A model generated the notes under the pieces. The model saw only the letters and a program-made list of their open reading frames with translations, made no database searches and was not told the DNA's origin. From assembly GCA_963815115.1 (NCBI GenBank), contig CAWFFN010000005.1, positions 1,056,001-1,120,000 on the forward strand: a stretch of 64,000 nucleotides of DNA, in the 5' to 3' direction. Origin of the DNA: an uncultured delta proteobacterium (GTDB lineage: Bacteria; Desulfobacterota; Binatia; DP-6). The translations under genes were made by a program, and so were the position numbers. Below are positions 10,619-20,447 of the stretch, in pieces. Numbering within the stretch: the stretch's first letter is position 1; each line of letters starts with the position of its first letter.

Positions 10619-12037
10619 CTAGCGGAACAGGCCCGTGTGCCGGACCCGCTGCAGGTTCATGCGATGATCCGTCTTCCCGATGAAGCCGGCGTTGAAGGCG
10701 TCACGCGAAGCCTGCGTGAACTCGCGGATCCACGTGCCGCGGTTCGGGTAGAGCTGATGCAGGGTGGCATCGTCGAACGGGACGTAGGTGCCGAAGAGCA
10801 GGCAGAAGACCGGGCCCGTGTTCTGGCCGGTATTGAGGGCGAGCGGCGCCACGATGTCCGGAAGCCGGATGCCTCCGACGGCCAGGCCGAGCGTATCACG
10901 CGCGATGACCGGCGGGCTCGTGGACGCGAACGCGAGCGGGGCCCCGATCGGCGGCGGCGTTCCGTCCGTCATCCAGCGGACCAGGGCATCGCCGGCGGCG
11001 TTGCCCACCTCGTAGAACGGCATGCGGCTGAGCGGAGGCCGGTCGCAGTTCATCGGGGTCGGGGGGATCCCGTCACGTGCGCCGAGCGGTGCGAGATAGG
11101 AGTTGAAGTAGAAGTCGGCATGCGCCGCGCCCGCGACCTCCCAGTGCCGGAACTCGTCCGTGTCGGGCTGGCGCACCGCGAGCTGGCTCGGCGCATCCGT
11201 CTCGCTGGTGAACTTGAAGACCTTGATGCCCTGGTCGGTCCGGGTGAGCCCGCCGCCGACGATCAGGAAGAGCGCATCGTAGATGGGATCCAGCGGTCGT
11301 ACCGAGTTGAAGTAGACCTGGAGCCGCGAGGCTGACTGCGATGCGCCGGACATGATGACGCGCTTCACCTTCGAGCGCAGCGCGGCCAGGGGGTCGACGC
11401 CCTGCGGATGTATGACCGCCTGCCCGCCCTGCGAGAAGATGTCGTAGGACAGCGCGTCGTCGGTGATCGTGCCGCCGTCGGTCACGTCGAGGGAGCCGTA
11501 GCGCGTCGGACTCCACACCGTGAGCGAACCGGGACCGCCGCCCTGGACGCCGATGCGTTGCGCGGAGATGCCGACGTAGATCGCGCCTTCGTCCACCATG
11601 TGCGGCCATCCCACCGTCCACTGCGCCTCGATGTCGTAGCCCGCCGTGACGTTGAGCCACTCCACGAAGACGGTCCCCTTGAAATCGCGCGGGCGAGCGG
11701 GCCGCCTGACGATCATCCGCGTCTCGTAGGGATGGACGCTGTCGAGGATCGTCGCGGTCGCGTCCTCCGGCGGCACCCCGGTCGGGATCGTGTAGCGGTT
11801 GGCGGTTCCCGAGAAGAAGAACTCTTCCTCGACGTAGTGGTGCGGACCCTTCAAGGCGGCGAGCTGCGGGGCGAAGCTGAAGAAGGGATAGTCGTGCGAC
11901 GGATCACCCGGTGTCGCGTTCGCCGGAATCGGTCCAGTCACCGTCGGATTGGGGACGGCTCCGGCGCCGACCGGAAACGACAGGAAGCACCCGAGAAGGA
12001 CCGCGGTCACTGCCGACTTGCGCGCCGAGATTCGCAT
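10619..12037 (-). CDS. Secreted alpha/beta-hydrolase-domain protein
   Basis: Signal peptide after a strong RBS; YVEEEFF.SG.A, VEWLNVTAG, nucleophile motif GASQSA, WEVAGAAH, GGIRLP. Confidence 0.8.
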   Translation of the reverse strand: MRISARKSAVTAVLLGCFLSFPVGAGAVPNPTVTGPIPANATPGDPSHDYPFFSFAPQLAALKGPHHYVEEEFFFSGTANRYTIPTGVPPEDATATILDSVHPYETRMIVRRPARPRDFKGTVFVEWLNVTAGYDIEAQWTVGWPHMVDEGAIYVGISAQRIGVQGGGPGSLTVWSPTRYGSLDVTDGGTITDDALSYDIFSQGGQAVIHPQGVDPLAALRSKVKRVIMSGASQSASRLQVYFNSVRPLDPIYDALFLIVGGGLTRTDQGIKVFKFTSETDAPSQLAVRQPDTDEFRHWEVAGAAHADFYFNSYLAPLGARDGIPPTPMNCDRPPLSRMPFYEVGNAAGDALVRWMTDGTPPPIGAPLAFASTSPPVIARDTLGLAVGGIRLPDIVAPLALNTGQNTGPVFCLLFGTYVPFDDATLHQLYPNRGTWIREFTQASRDAFNAGFIGKTDHRMNLQRVRHTGLFR

Positions 12038-12129
12038 GCTCTCCCTCCTTCTCGATGGGAGTATGCGCGAGCCGCGAATCGGCTCAATGCACTTTTTCGC
12101 GTCTCCAGCTCGTGCGGAGGCGGCGATGC

Positions 12130-13527
12130 TCAGCGGGCCAGCTTGTTGGCTGCGTCGAGAGCAGCCACCTTGTAGCATTCCGCGAGCGTCGGGTAGTTGA
12201 AGACGGTCTGCAGGAAGTAGTCGAGGCCCCCCTGGAGCCCGAGCACGGCCTGGCCGATGTGGATCAGCTCCGTGGCCCCGGTGCCGATGGTGTGCACGCC
12301 CAGCAGCTGCCGGCCCTCGCGATGGAAGATCATCTTGAAGAAGCCGCTGTCGTCTCCGAGGATCTGGCCGCGAGCGATCTCCCGGTAGCGGGCGACGCCG
12401 ACCTCGTACGGCACGCGCCTCCGCGTGAGTCCCTGCTCCGTCTCGCCGACCATCGAGATCTCGGGGATGGCGTAGATCCCGAACGGGAAGTGCTCGACCA
12501 TCGGCCCCGTCGGCATCCCGAAGGCATGGCAGGCGGCCAGGCGACCCTGCTCGCTCGAGACCGCCGCCAGGCTGGGATGGCCGATGACGTCACCGGCCGC
12601 GAAGATGTGCGGCACCCGGGTCCGGAATCCGTCCCCCACGGGGATGCGTCCGCGCTCGTCGGCCTCGAGGCCGGCGGCCGCCAGGTCGAGCGCCGCCGTC
12701 GCACCGACGCGGCCGGCCGAGAACAGCACCGCGTCGGCCACGATGCGCTTTCCGGACTCGAGCAGGAGCACGGCCCGCCGCGGCGGCCCCTCCGAGAGCT
12801 CGAGCCGCTCCACGGCCTCGCGCATGCGGAAGGTGACGCCCCGCTTCCGCATCTGGTGCATCAGCTCGTCGACGATCTCGTCGTCGAGGAACTCGAGGAA
12901 GCGCTCGCGTTTCTCGACCAGCGTGATGCTCACGCCGAGAGCCGAGAACATCGAGGCGTACTCGAGCCCGATCACACCGCCGCCGACGACGGCGAGCGTC
13001 TTCGGCAGGCGCTTCAGGTTGAGAATGTCGTCGCTGGTGAGGATCACATCCCCGTCGGGGGCGACTCCGGGCGGGGACGAGGGCTCTGTGCCGACCGCGA
13101 TGAGGATGTGCTCCGCGGTGACCGTCCGGTGGGAATTCTCGAACGCGATCGAGACCGTATGCGGATCCTCGAACGTCGCCCGGCCCCATAGCACGGTCAC
13201 GTCGTTCCGATCGAGCTGGTGGTGGATGACCTCGCATTCCCGACGCACGACGTCGGTCACGCGCGAGAAGAGCTGCTCGATGGTGGGACGGCGATCTGGG
13301 ACGTGTCCGAATTGCGACTCCTGGTGGCCGCCCGCCAGGCTCGCGAGCACCGCCTCCCGGAAGGTCTTGCTGGGGATGGTCCCGGTATCGAGACAGACGC
13401 CGCCGAGGATGCGGCCCTTCTCCACGACCGCCGTCCGCCGGCCGAACTTCGCACCTTGCACGGCGGCACGCTGGCCGGCCGGGCCGCTCCCGAGACACAG
13501 CAGATCGAAGTCGTAGGAGGCTGACAC
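12130..13527 (-). CDS. sthA: Soluble (Si-specific) pyridine nucleotide transhydrogenase
   Basis: GSGPAG, GGVCLDTGTIPSKT (single Cys), GGGVIGLEYA, AAGDVIG.PSLA, C-terminal VFNYPTLAECYKVAALD. Confidence 0.9.
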   Translation of the reverse strand: MSASYDFDLLCLGSGPAGQRAAVQGAKFGRRTAVVEKGRILGGVCLDTGTIPSKTFREAVLASLAGGHQESQFGHVPDRRPTIEQLFSRVTDVVRRECEVIHHQLDRNDVTVLWGRATFEDPHTVSIAFENSHRTVTAEHILIAVGTEPSSPPGVAPDGDVILTSDDILNLKRLPKTLAVVGGGVIGLEYASMFSALGVSITLVEKRERFLEFLDDEIVDELMHQMRKRGVTFRMREAVERLELSEGPPRRAVLLLESGKRIVADAVLFSAGRVGATAALDLAAAGLEADERGRIPVGDGFRTRVPHIFAAGDVIGHPSLAAVSSEQGRLAACHAFGMPTGPMVEHFPFGIYAIPEISMVGETEQGLTRRRVPYEVGVARYREIARGQILGDDSGFFKMIFHREGRQLLGVHTIGTGATELIHIGQAVLGLQGGLDYFLQTVFNYPTLAECYKVAALDAANKLAR

Positions 13528-13713
13528 AGTCGTCCTTCGCGCGCGACCGTCGGATGATGCCGAAAATGCCGTACCCGCGCCACCCTCGAGGAGGCGGCGA
13601 AACGATCTTGTAGCATCCCGCGCCGCGCCTGCGTCGTGTCGCCGACGCGACGATCGGGATCGACGCGGCGCTGCGGGGGGCACGCGCTTCGTCGACGACG
13701 GCGACCGTTCGCC

Positions 13714-14499
13714 TTACTGCAGGTGCTGGTTGATCCAGGGGAGGAACGGCACGACGTCGGTGTCCCAGCTGAGGATGCCCGGACAGTCCGGGTAGCCTCC
13801 GGACGTGACCCCGGCCAGGGTGGACTTCACGAGGAGGGGACCACCCGAATCACCGCGGCAGGTATCCTGGTGGTGTTTCTTCGGACGCCAGCACAGGGAA
13901 CGCGAGAGCTGTCCGCGGAAGAGCCGGGCGGGACCAAACGTTCGTGGGCACTTCTTCAGCCTCACCGTGCCGAACTCCTTCAGCCCGAAGCTACCGGTCT
14001 CGTCCTGGCCGTAACCGACGATGATGCTCTTGGTCCCGGGGCGCGGGCTGCGCGTCGCCAGCGGAACCGGCGCAACGTCTGCCACCGGACTCTCGAGCAG
14101 CAGCAGCGCGATGTCCGCGATCGCGAGGACGTCGGACGAGTACTCCGGCTCGATGTCGTAGGCCACGACATTGTACTGCACGCCGACACTGCCGCCCGGA
14201 AAGAACACGGTGAGAATCGCCAGCGGCCCGCTGGCGACACAGTGCGCGGCCGTGAGCACGACCGAGGGACTGACGAGCGTGCCGGTACAGGACGCCACCG
14301 TGCCGCCGGCGAGCAGGACGGCAACCCCGGCGACCGCCGGGTAGTCGCTGGTGGGCACCCCGTCGAAGATCCGGGTGATCCCCCCGAGGTCTTCACTCGG
14401 GTTGCGGGCCGGCTCGCCCGCGAGGAGCTGCCAGCCGCCGGAGCCGCCGGCGAAGGAGGTCGTCGAGATCATCAGGACGAGGGGCAGGACCTTCAACAT
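13714..14499 (-). CDS. Secreted trypsin-like serine protease (S1)
   Basis: Signal peptide, R|IFDG putative activation site, LTAAHC, DIALL, DTCRGDSGGP. Confidence 0.9.
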   Translation of the reverse strand: MLKVLPLVLMISTTSFAGGSGGWQLLAGEPARNPSEDLGGITRIFDGVPTSDYPAVAGVAVLLAGGTVASCTGTLVSPSVVLTAAHCVASGPLAILTVFFPGGSVGVQYNVVAYDIEPEYSSDVLAIADIALLLLESPVADVAPVPLATRSPRPGTKSIIVGYGQDETGSFGLKEFGTVRLKKCPRTFGPARLFRGQLSRSLCWRPKKHHQDTCRGDSGGPLLVKSTLAGVTSGGYPDCPGILSWDTDVVPFLPWINQHLQ

Positions 14500-14627
14500 G
14501 AGGCCCCGTCCGTACCACAGGTGGCTCGTCGCTCGCGATGATCGGCCGAGCTTGCGGAATGCGGTATCGGGCTCCGTCGGCACATGCGCGGTGCGGGTAG
14601 CGCACGAGCTCGATCGGTGACGTCGCG

Positions 14628-15080
14628 TCAGGGCGTGAGGTCGAGCAGCGCCCGCCCGCTCCCGTCCATCGCGAACGGGACCGAGTTGTGCACGTGGGCG
14701 ATCTTCCACGCGCCGTCCTCGCGCCGGAAGCAAGCGGTGGCGCGGAACCAGAGGTCGATCCGCTCGCCGTCGCTCTTGGTCCCGGTCATGTGGCGGAGCG
14801 CGAACGCGTACGCGACGTCGCCACCGACGACGACTTCCGGGTCATGGGCCTCGGATACGATGGGCCCCTTCCAGGTATCGAACCACTGCTGGATGTATCT
14901 CGGATCACGCACGGCGGCGGACGGGATGAGGAGAGGTGGCGCGAGGTCGTAGGCGACGACGTCGCGGGTGTAGAACTCGACGACGGCCCGGGCGTCTTTG
15001 ACCTGGAGTGCGGCAGCATAGGCGTCGAGCAGGGCGGTGATCTGCGCCTCGTCGGAAACACGTGTCGCGGGGTTCGGCAT
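14628..15080 (-). CDS. SnoaL/NTF2-like (YybH family) protein
   Basis: DVVAYDLAPPL, GDVAY, WFRAT.CF....G.WKI.H.H.SVPF. Confidence 0.85.
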   Translation of the reverse strand: MPNPATRVSDEAQITALLDAYAAALQVKDARAVVEFYTRDVVAYDLAPPLLIPSAAVRDPRYIQQWFDTWKGPIVSEAHDPEVVVGGDVAYAFALRHMTGTKSDGERIDLWFRATACFRREDGAWKIAHVHNSVPFAMDGSGRALLDLTP

Positions 15081-15083
15081 GGC

Positions 15084-15500
15084 TCAGCCCTCCTTCGGGT
15101 CCGCCTCGGACTCCAGGCCGTAGAACGCCGACTGATCGGTGAGAATCAGGTGAGCGCCGCTGCCCTCTGGATGGATCTCGACCGTGCACAGCGTGGCGGT
15201 GGCGCGCGCGTCGCGGTCGTGCATGGTGCCGGCCGTGATGATGCGCTCATCGGGAACGATGTCGAGATAGGTTCCATCGCTCGTGTAGGCCGGGTCACCG
15301 GGCGGGCCGAAACGGCTTCTCTCCCGGCCGCCCACCCGGAAATCCTGCTCGTGCTCGGCAACCATCCAGTTGCCGCAGCCCGGTACGTCCCAGCGGCGGC
15401 GCTCGTCCGGGTTCGCCCACGCCGCGAAGACGCGGGCGGGGGTCGCGCGAAAGCTTCGCTCGACGATGACGGTGGCATGCTGCACGGTGCGTTTGGTCAT
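15084..15500 (-). CDS. SRPBCC/AHSA1 family protein, apparently lacking its C-terminal helix
   Basis: HAT..VERSF.A.P.RVF.AW, DFRVGG.E, Y.DIVPDERI; ends at ...KEG* where homologues usually continue GW...L..L. Confidence 0.75.
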   Translation of the reverse strand: MTKRTVQHATVIVERSFRATPARVFAAWANPDERRRWDVPGCGNWMVAEHEQDFRVGGRERSRFGPPGDPAYTSDGTYLDIVPDERIITAGTMHDRDARATATLCTVEIHPEGSGAHLILTDQSAFYGLESEADPKEG

Positions 15501-15726
15501 GGTCGCCTCGATTAGTCCGCCCGGCGACATTGGTCAAGTAGTTCCTTAAGTATTTGGCCTTCGCCCCACACGACCCGTGGGAACGCCAGAAGCCGGGAGA
15601 GACGCATTGCCTTGTGAAGCGACGCGTGCCCGTTCTTACACGCGCCGAAGCGTTGCCCATCCGACCTACGCGCCGTGGTGCCGTTGTCCGCTGGCATGGG
15701 CCGTGCATCCACCGTACACGCCGCCC

Positions 15727-16584
15727 ATGCCGATCGTCACCATTCGCCACACGACCACGTACCGGTACGCCAGGCCCGTCGCATTCGGCGACCACCGTCT
15801 CATGTTCCGGCCGCGCGACAGCCACGACCTCCGGCTGCTGCAGACCGGCCTGGAGATCAGCCCCGGCGCGCGTGTGCGCTGGCTGCACGACGTCTTCGGC
15901 AACTCGATCGCGGTCGCGAGCTTCACCGAGCCCGCGACCGACCTGCGCCTCGTCAGCACGATCCGGCTCGAGCACTTTCCCGCCCTCGCGCTCGAGTTCG
16001 CCATCGAGGCGTACGCCCGCCACCACCCGTTCAGCTACTCGGCGGAAGAGGTGCCCGACCTCGGGCGCACCATCGAGCGCCACTACCCGGATCCCGAGCA
16101 CAGGGTCGACGGGTGGGCGCGGCGGTTCGTCACGTCACCCGGCGAGACCGACACGCAGGCGCTCCTGGTCGACATGACGGCCGCCATTCGCCGGGAGCTC
16201 CGCTACGAGGCGCGCGAGGCCGAGGGGACGCAGACGCCCGTGGAGACGCTGGCGCGCGGCTCCGGCACCTGTCGCGATTTCGCGCTGCTCATGATGGAGG
16301 CGGCGCGCAGCCTCGGCTTCGCCGCCCGCTTCGTGTCCGGTTACCTGTACGACGATCAGGCGGTCGGCGGCGGTGCGACGCATGCCTGGGTGCAGATCTA
16401 CCTGCCCGGCGGCGGCTGGGTGGAGTTCGATCCCACGAACGCCCTCGTCGGCGGCCACAAGCTCGTCCGCGTGGCCGTGACGCGGGATCCGACGCAGGCC
16501 ATTCCCGTCGCGGGCACGTGGACCGGTGCACCCGCCGACTTCCTCGGCATGACGGTCGACGTCGAAGCGATTCCGGAGCGATGA
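15727..16584 (+). CDS. Transglutaminase-like family protein
   Basis: IRHTTTYRY..PV.FG.HRLM.RP; catalytic GTCRDFA, HAWVQ, FDPTN. Confidence 0.9.
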   Translation: MPIVTIRHTTTYRYARPVAFGDHRLMFRPRDSHDLRLLQTGLEISPGARVRWLHDVFGNSIAVASFTEPATDLRLVSTIRLEHFPALALEFAIEAYARHHPFSYSAEEVPDLGRTIERHYPDPEHRVDGWARRFVTSPGETDTQALLVDMTAAIRRELRYEAREAEGTQTPVETLARGSGTCRDFALLMMEAARSLGFAARFVSGYLYDDQAVGGGATHAWVQIYLPGGGWVEFDPTNALVGGHKLVRVAVTRDPTQAIPVAGTWTGAPADFLGMTVDVEAIPER

Positions 16585-16594
16585 CGCAACCGCG

Positions 16595-17404
16595 ATGGAC
16601 TACCAGATCTATCGCCGACCGCGCGACTACGACCTCGAGCACGAGGACGACGACGAGGACGTCGCCTTCTACCTCGAGCTGACGAGACGGCTCCGTCCGC
16701 GCCGCGTGCTCGAGCTGGGCGCAGGCAGTGGACGAGTGACGGTGCCGCTCGCGGAGCTCGCCGCGCACGCGGACTTTGCGATCACCGCGCTCGACGCCTC
16801 GCCCGACATGCTCGAGGCGGCGGAGCGCAAGCTGGCCGATGCGGATGCGCGCGTACGGGAGCGTGTCGAGCTGGTGACCGGCGACATGCGCACGTGGGAG
16901 GCGCCCGAGCCGTTCGACCTCGTGCTGGTGCCGTGCGCGTCGGTGAGCCACCTGCTCACCCTCCAGGATCAGCTCGCGGTCTGGAGCCAGGCCCACGCCA
17001 ACCTGGTGGCAGGAGGGCGCTTCGTCGTGGACGTCGCCATGCCGGATCTGGCGAGCTTTGCGGAGTCGCTGCGCCAGCCGCCACGCGCGCTCGTCGAGGT
17101 CGACAGCGACACGGCCGACGCGGAGGGCCGCCGCCTTCTGCGCTACAAGACGACCGTGTACGCGCCGCAGGAGCAGCGCGCCAGCATCCGATTCCTGTAC
17201 GACAAGTTCGCGCGCGACGACGATGCCGAGCGCTGGGTGAGCGACTTCGAGAGCCACGTCTACTTCCCGCGCGAGCTGGAGCTGCTCTACCTGCACACCG
17301 GCTTCGTGGTGGAGGCGACGTACGGCGACTTTCGCTTCCGGGCGCCGCGTGCCTCCACGCGCGCGCTGGCCGTGGTCGGCCGGAAGCCTCCTACGAAAGA
17401 TTGA
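16595..17404 (+). CDS. Class I SAM-dependent methyltransferase
   Basis: VLELGAGSGR, ALDAS..ML, GDMR, FDLV. Confidence 0.9.
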   Translation: MDYQIYRRPRDYDLEHEDDDEDVAFYLELTRRLRPRRVLELGAGSGRVTVPLAELAAHADFAITALDASPDMLEAAERKLADADARVRERVELVTGDMRTWEAPEPFDLVLVPCASVSHLLTLQDQLAVWSQAHANLVAGGRFVVDVAMPDLASFAESLRQPPRALVEVDSDTADAEGRRLLRYKTTVYAPQEQRASIRFLYDKFARDDDAERWVSDFESHVYFPRELELLYLHTGFVVEATYGDFRFRAPRASTRALAVVGRKPPTKD

Positions 17405-17459
17405 GCGCGTGGGCTTCGGCCCGCGCGCTCGCGCGCGTCTGGGGCCCGAGCGTTCCGTC

Positions 17460-18122
17460 TCAGCCGCCGAACCAGGACGCGTGGAAGTAGCGCACGATGC
17501 AGGCGGCGGCGACACCGACCGCCGCGGCAGGGACGAGCCCGCCGAGACCGCCCGCAACCGCGCGGCCAGTGAACGGGAAGAACGGCGTCGCCTCGTAGAA
17601 GCGCCGGAAGCGCTCGTCGCCGCCGGCGAGCTTGCGCCGGTCCTGGTGCGCCGAGCCGATGAGGGCGAACAGCACCACGCCCCCGAAGAACGCGACGTCC
17701 GTCGCGCCGCCGTTCGGCAGCAGGTGCGCGAGTCCGATGAGCGCCAGTCCCATCATGACGGGGTGGCGGGTGATCCGGTGCACCGCGCGCGGCGTCGCGT
17801 CGCCGGGAATCACGGAGGCGGGGCTGGGTTGCATGAGGCCAGCGGCGATCAGCACGAAGGCGCACGCCATGACGACGTACACCGTCGCGATCAGCACCGG
17901 CCCGTGGGGAAGCATCCAGAGAACCGGGCCGGCATGCTTGTGCGTGAAATAGGTCACGACGAGCGGGATGAAGAACGCGAAGGCGACCAGCGAGTACAGG
18001 CCGCGGAACGGCTGCTCGCCCATGCGGGCGACGAGACGCCGCCGGACAGGCACGCTGGAGAGCAGGAGATGCGATCCTGCGAAACCGAGCCAGAGAAGAA
18101 CGATCGTGCTGAGCGGCGACAT
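17460..18122 (-). CDS. NnrU family membrane protein
   Basis: F..SH, R..L...GE..FRGLYSLV, RITRHP.M.G...AHL..NG, HQDRRK, T...PF. Confidence 0.85.
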   Translation of the reverse strand: MSPLSTIVLLWLGFAGSHLLLSSVPVRRRLVARMGEQPFRGLYSLVAFAFFIPLVVTYFTHKHAGPVLWMLPHGPVLIATVYVVMACAFVLIAAGLMQPSPASVIPGDATPRAVHRITRHPVMMGLALIGLAHLLPNGGATDVAFFGGVVLFALIGSAHQDRRKLAGGDERFRRFYEATPFFPFTGRAVAGGLGGLVPAAAVGVAAACIVRYFHASWFGG

Positions 18123-18144
18123 CGTACGCTCCTTTCCCGGGTTC

Positions 18145-18191
18145 GATGATGACGGTGTCAACATCTAGCGCGCGAAGTTGACTCTGTCAAC
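18145..18191. promoter_or_regulatory. Two TetR-type inverted-repeat operators between divergent genes
   Basis: GATGATGAC-GGT-GTCAACATC (18145-18165) and GTTGAC-TCT-GTCAAC (18177-18191). Confidence 0.7.
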
Positions 18192-18214
18192 ATTCTCTGC
18201 CAGACACGCCGGGC

Positions 18215-18865
18215 ATGCGGAGAGCGGCCGCCTCGCGGCCGGGCGTCGTACGCCCGCGGACCACGTATCACCACGGCAACCTCCGTTCGGCCCTGATCGA
18301 CGGCGCCAGCGCTCTCCTCGAGCGCGACGGCCCGCTCGGGGTGACGCTGCGCGGAGCCGCCCGCCAGGCCGGCGTCTCCCAGGCCGCGCCCTATCGGCAT
18401 TTCCCGAGCAAGAGCGCGCTCCTCGCCGCGGTCGCGGAGGCGGGATTCGAGAGCCTGGTGCGAACCATGCGCGGCGCCGCCCGCCGCCATCGTGGCTCGC
18501 CCGCCGGCGCGCTCGAGGCCATGGCGCAGGCGATCGTGCGCTTCGCGGCCGAGCACCCGTCACGCTACCGCCTCATGTGCGGGCCGGCCGTGCGCGGCCG
18601 GGACCATCCGTCGCTGCTGCAGGCGGCGAGTGCGGCGTGGGACCTCCTGATGGCGACCATCCGGGAATGTCAGCGCGCGGGAAGGATACGTGCCGGCGAT
18701 CCGGAGCAGCAGGCGTTCGTGCTCTGGTCGATGATTCACGGCCTCGCGGTCCTCGTGGTGGACGAGCAGCTGCCGCCTCCCGTGCTGCGCGCGCACTCCA
18801 TCGAGGACCTGGCGGGCTACGCGACCGCCGTCGTGCTCGCCGGTCTCGCGCCCCAGGCGAGTTGA
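18215..18865 (+). CDS. TetR/AcrR family regulator (WHG-type C-terminal domain)
   Basis: YHHGNLR.AL, TLR.AAR.AGVS.AAPYRHF..K, LWSMIHG. Confidence 0.92.
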   Translation: MRRAAASRPGVVRPRTTYHHGNLRSALIDGASALLERDGPLGVTLRGAARQAGVSQAAPYRHFPSKSALLAAVAEAGFESLVRTMRGAARRHRGSPAGALEAMAQAIVRFAAEHPSRYRLMCGPAVRGRDHPSLLQAASAAWDLLMATIRECQRAGRIRAGDPEQQAFVLWSMIHGLAVLVVDEQLPPPVLRAHSIEDLAGYATAVVLAGLAPQAS

Positions 18866-18928
18866 TCGCGAGCAGCCGTCGCGCCGGCGTGGTGCGTCGA
18901 TCGCGAAGCGGTGTAGCATCCAAACCCG

Positions 18929-20107
18929 ATGGCAGCCGAGCAGCGGCCACTGGCGGAGGGCGACCTCGACCAGATGTGGGAGCTCTCGCGCGAGGTCTTT
19001 CACTCCGATCCGGCACACGGCGAGCCGTGGAAGCGGTGGGAGCGTGCGATCGGACTCGAACGGTGCGAGGGGCTTTTCCTCGACGGCCGCCTGGTGGCGA
19101 TCGCGGGCGCGCTCGCGTACGCGCAGTGGTTCGGCGGACGCTCGGTGCCGATGGGCGGCGTGCGCGCGGTCATGACGAGGACGGAGCTGCGCGGCCGCGG
19201 CCACGCCACGCGCGTGCTGCGGGCATGCCTCGAAGCCATGCACCGGCGCGGCGAGGCGCTCTCGGTCCTCTACCCGGCGGTGACGCGCCCGTACCGGAAC
19301 CTCGGCTGGGAAGTGGCCGGAACCGTGATCTTTCGCCAGGTGACGCCTCGCGCGCTCGGCGCGCTTCCCGCGAGCGGCCGCGACGTTCGCCGGGCGGCGG
19401 TGGCCGACCGGCCGGCGATTCGCGCCAGCTACGACCGGGTCGCTCGCGTCACCAACGGCTGGCTCGATCGGCCGCACGGCCGGTGGGAATGGATCTTCGA
19501 TCGCTTCGCCGAGGATCATCTCTTCGTCGCGGACGGCGAGGGGTACGCGCTCTACCGCGTGGTCGACGAGCCGCCCGCGGGGCCGGAGGGATATCGCCTC
19601 CTGGTGCTCGACCTCGTCGCCACGACGGCGGACGCATGGCGTGCGCTCTGGGGGATGCTGGCCCGCGCCTCGTCGGTGGTCCCCATGGTGTTCCTGCGGA
19701 GCGGACCGATCGAACCGCTCATCCACGCCATCGACGCGCTCGACGTCGCGGTGACCCGGGAGCGTCCATGGATGCTCCGGCTGGTCGACGCGACGGCCGC
19801 GATCGCGGCGCGCGGCTACGCCCCCGACGTGCGCGTGGCGGTGCCGCTGGAGATCGCCGACGCGGCCTGCCCGTGGAACGCCGGCCGCCGCACGCTGATC
19901 GTCGAGGACGCCGCGGCGCGGCTGGAGCCGGGCGGTACGGGCGCGCTGCGCATGGGGATCGGCGCGCTCGCCGCCCTCTACAGCGGCTGGGCGACGACGG
20001 CCCAGCTCGCCCGCACCGGACTGCTCGACGGGGGAAGCCGCGCGGAGCGCGCGGCGCTCGACCGTGCGTTTGCCGGCCCGGTACCGTGGATGATGGACGA
20101 GTTCTAG
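18929..20107 (+). CDS. Eis-like acetyltransferase (tandem GNAT plus SCP2-like domain)
   Basis: GG.SVPMGGV..V...E.RGRG.A, LYP.....YR..GWE, MLRLVD...A..ARGY, C-terminal ...DEF. Confidence 0.85.
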   Translation: MAAEQRPLAEGDLDQMWELSREVFHSDPAHGEPWKRWERAIGLERCEGLFLDGRLVAIAGALAYAQWFGGRSVPMGGVRAVMTRTELRGRGHATRVLRACLEAMHRRGEALSVLYPAVTRPYRNLGWEVAGTVIFRQVTPRALGALPASGRDVRRAAVADRPAIRASYDRVARVTNGWLDRPHGRWEWIFDRFAEDHLFVADGEGYALYRVVDEPPAGPEGYRLLVLDLVATTADAWRALWGMLARASSVVPMVFLRSGPIEPLIHAIDALDVAVTRERPWMLRLVDATAAIAARGYAPDVRVAVPLEIADAACPWNAGRRTLIVEDAAARLEPGGTGALRMGIGALAALYSGWATTAQLARTGLLDGGSRAERAALDRAFAGPVPWMMDEF

Positions 20108-20447
20108 AAGCTCCGACTCAGCGGGCGCTCCATTCGACCCCGCCGGCAGTCGCCGCGACGGAGGTGCCCGACGCCGGCCACGCGGCGGCGTCGGGTGACC
20201 CCCTGGACGCACGCGCGGTCACGAGTCCGAGCACGCGCCGACGCTTGCGCCGGACCACCGGTCGAGTGCAGGGGGTTCGCATGCGGGGACTGCGACGCGA
20301 GCTGCGTGCCGCCGGGACGCGATCCGGCGTCCGCTCCAACCTGCTGGACGACCGAAGGGTGCCACGATCACGGGGGCTGCGATCGGGTGCCGCCGGTAGC
20401 GAGCGCCATGCCGCCGCGGCGCCTTCGCTCGCGAGACGCCGCGCCGC

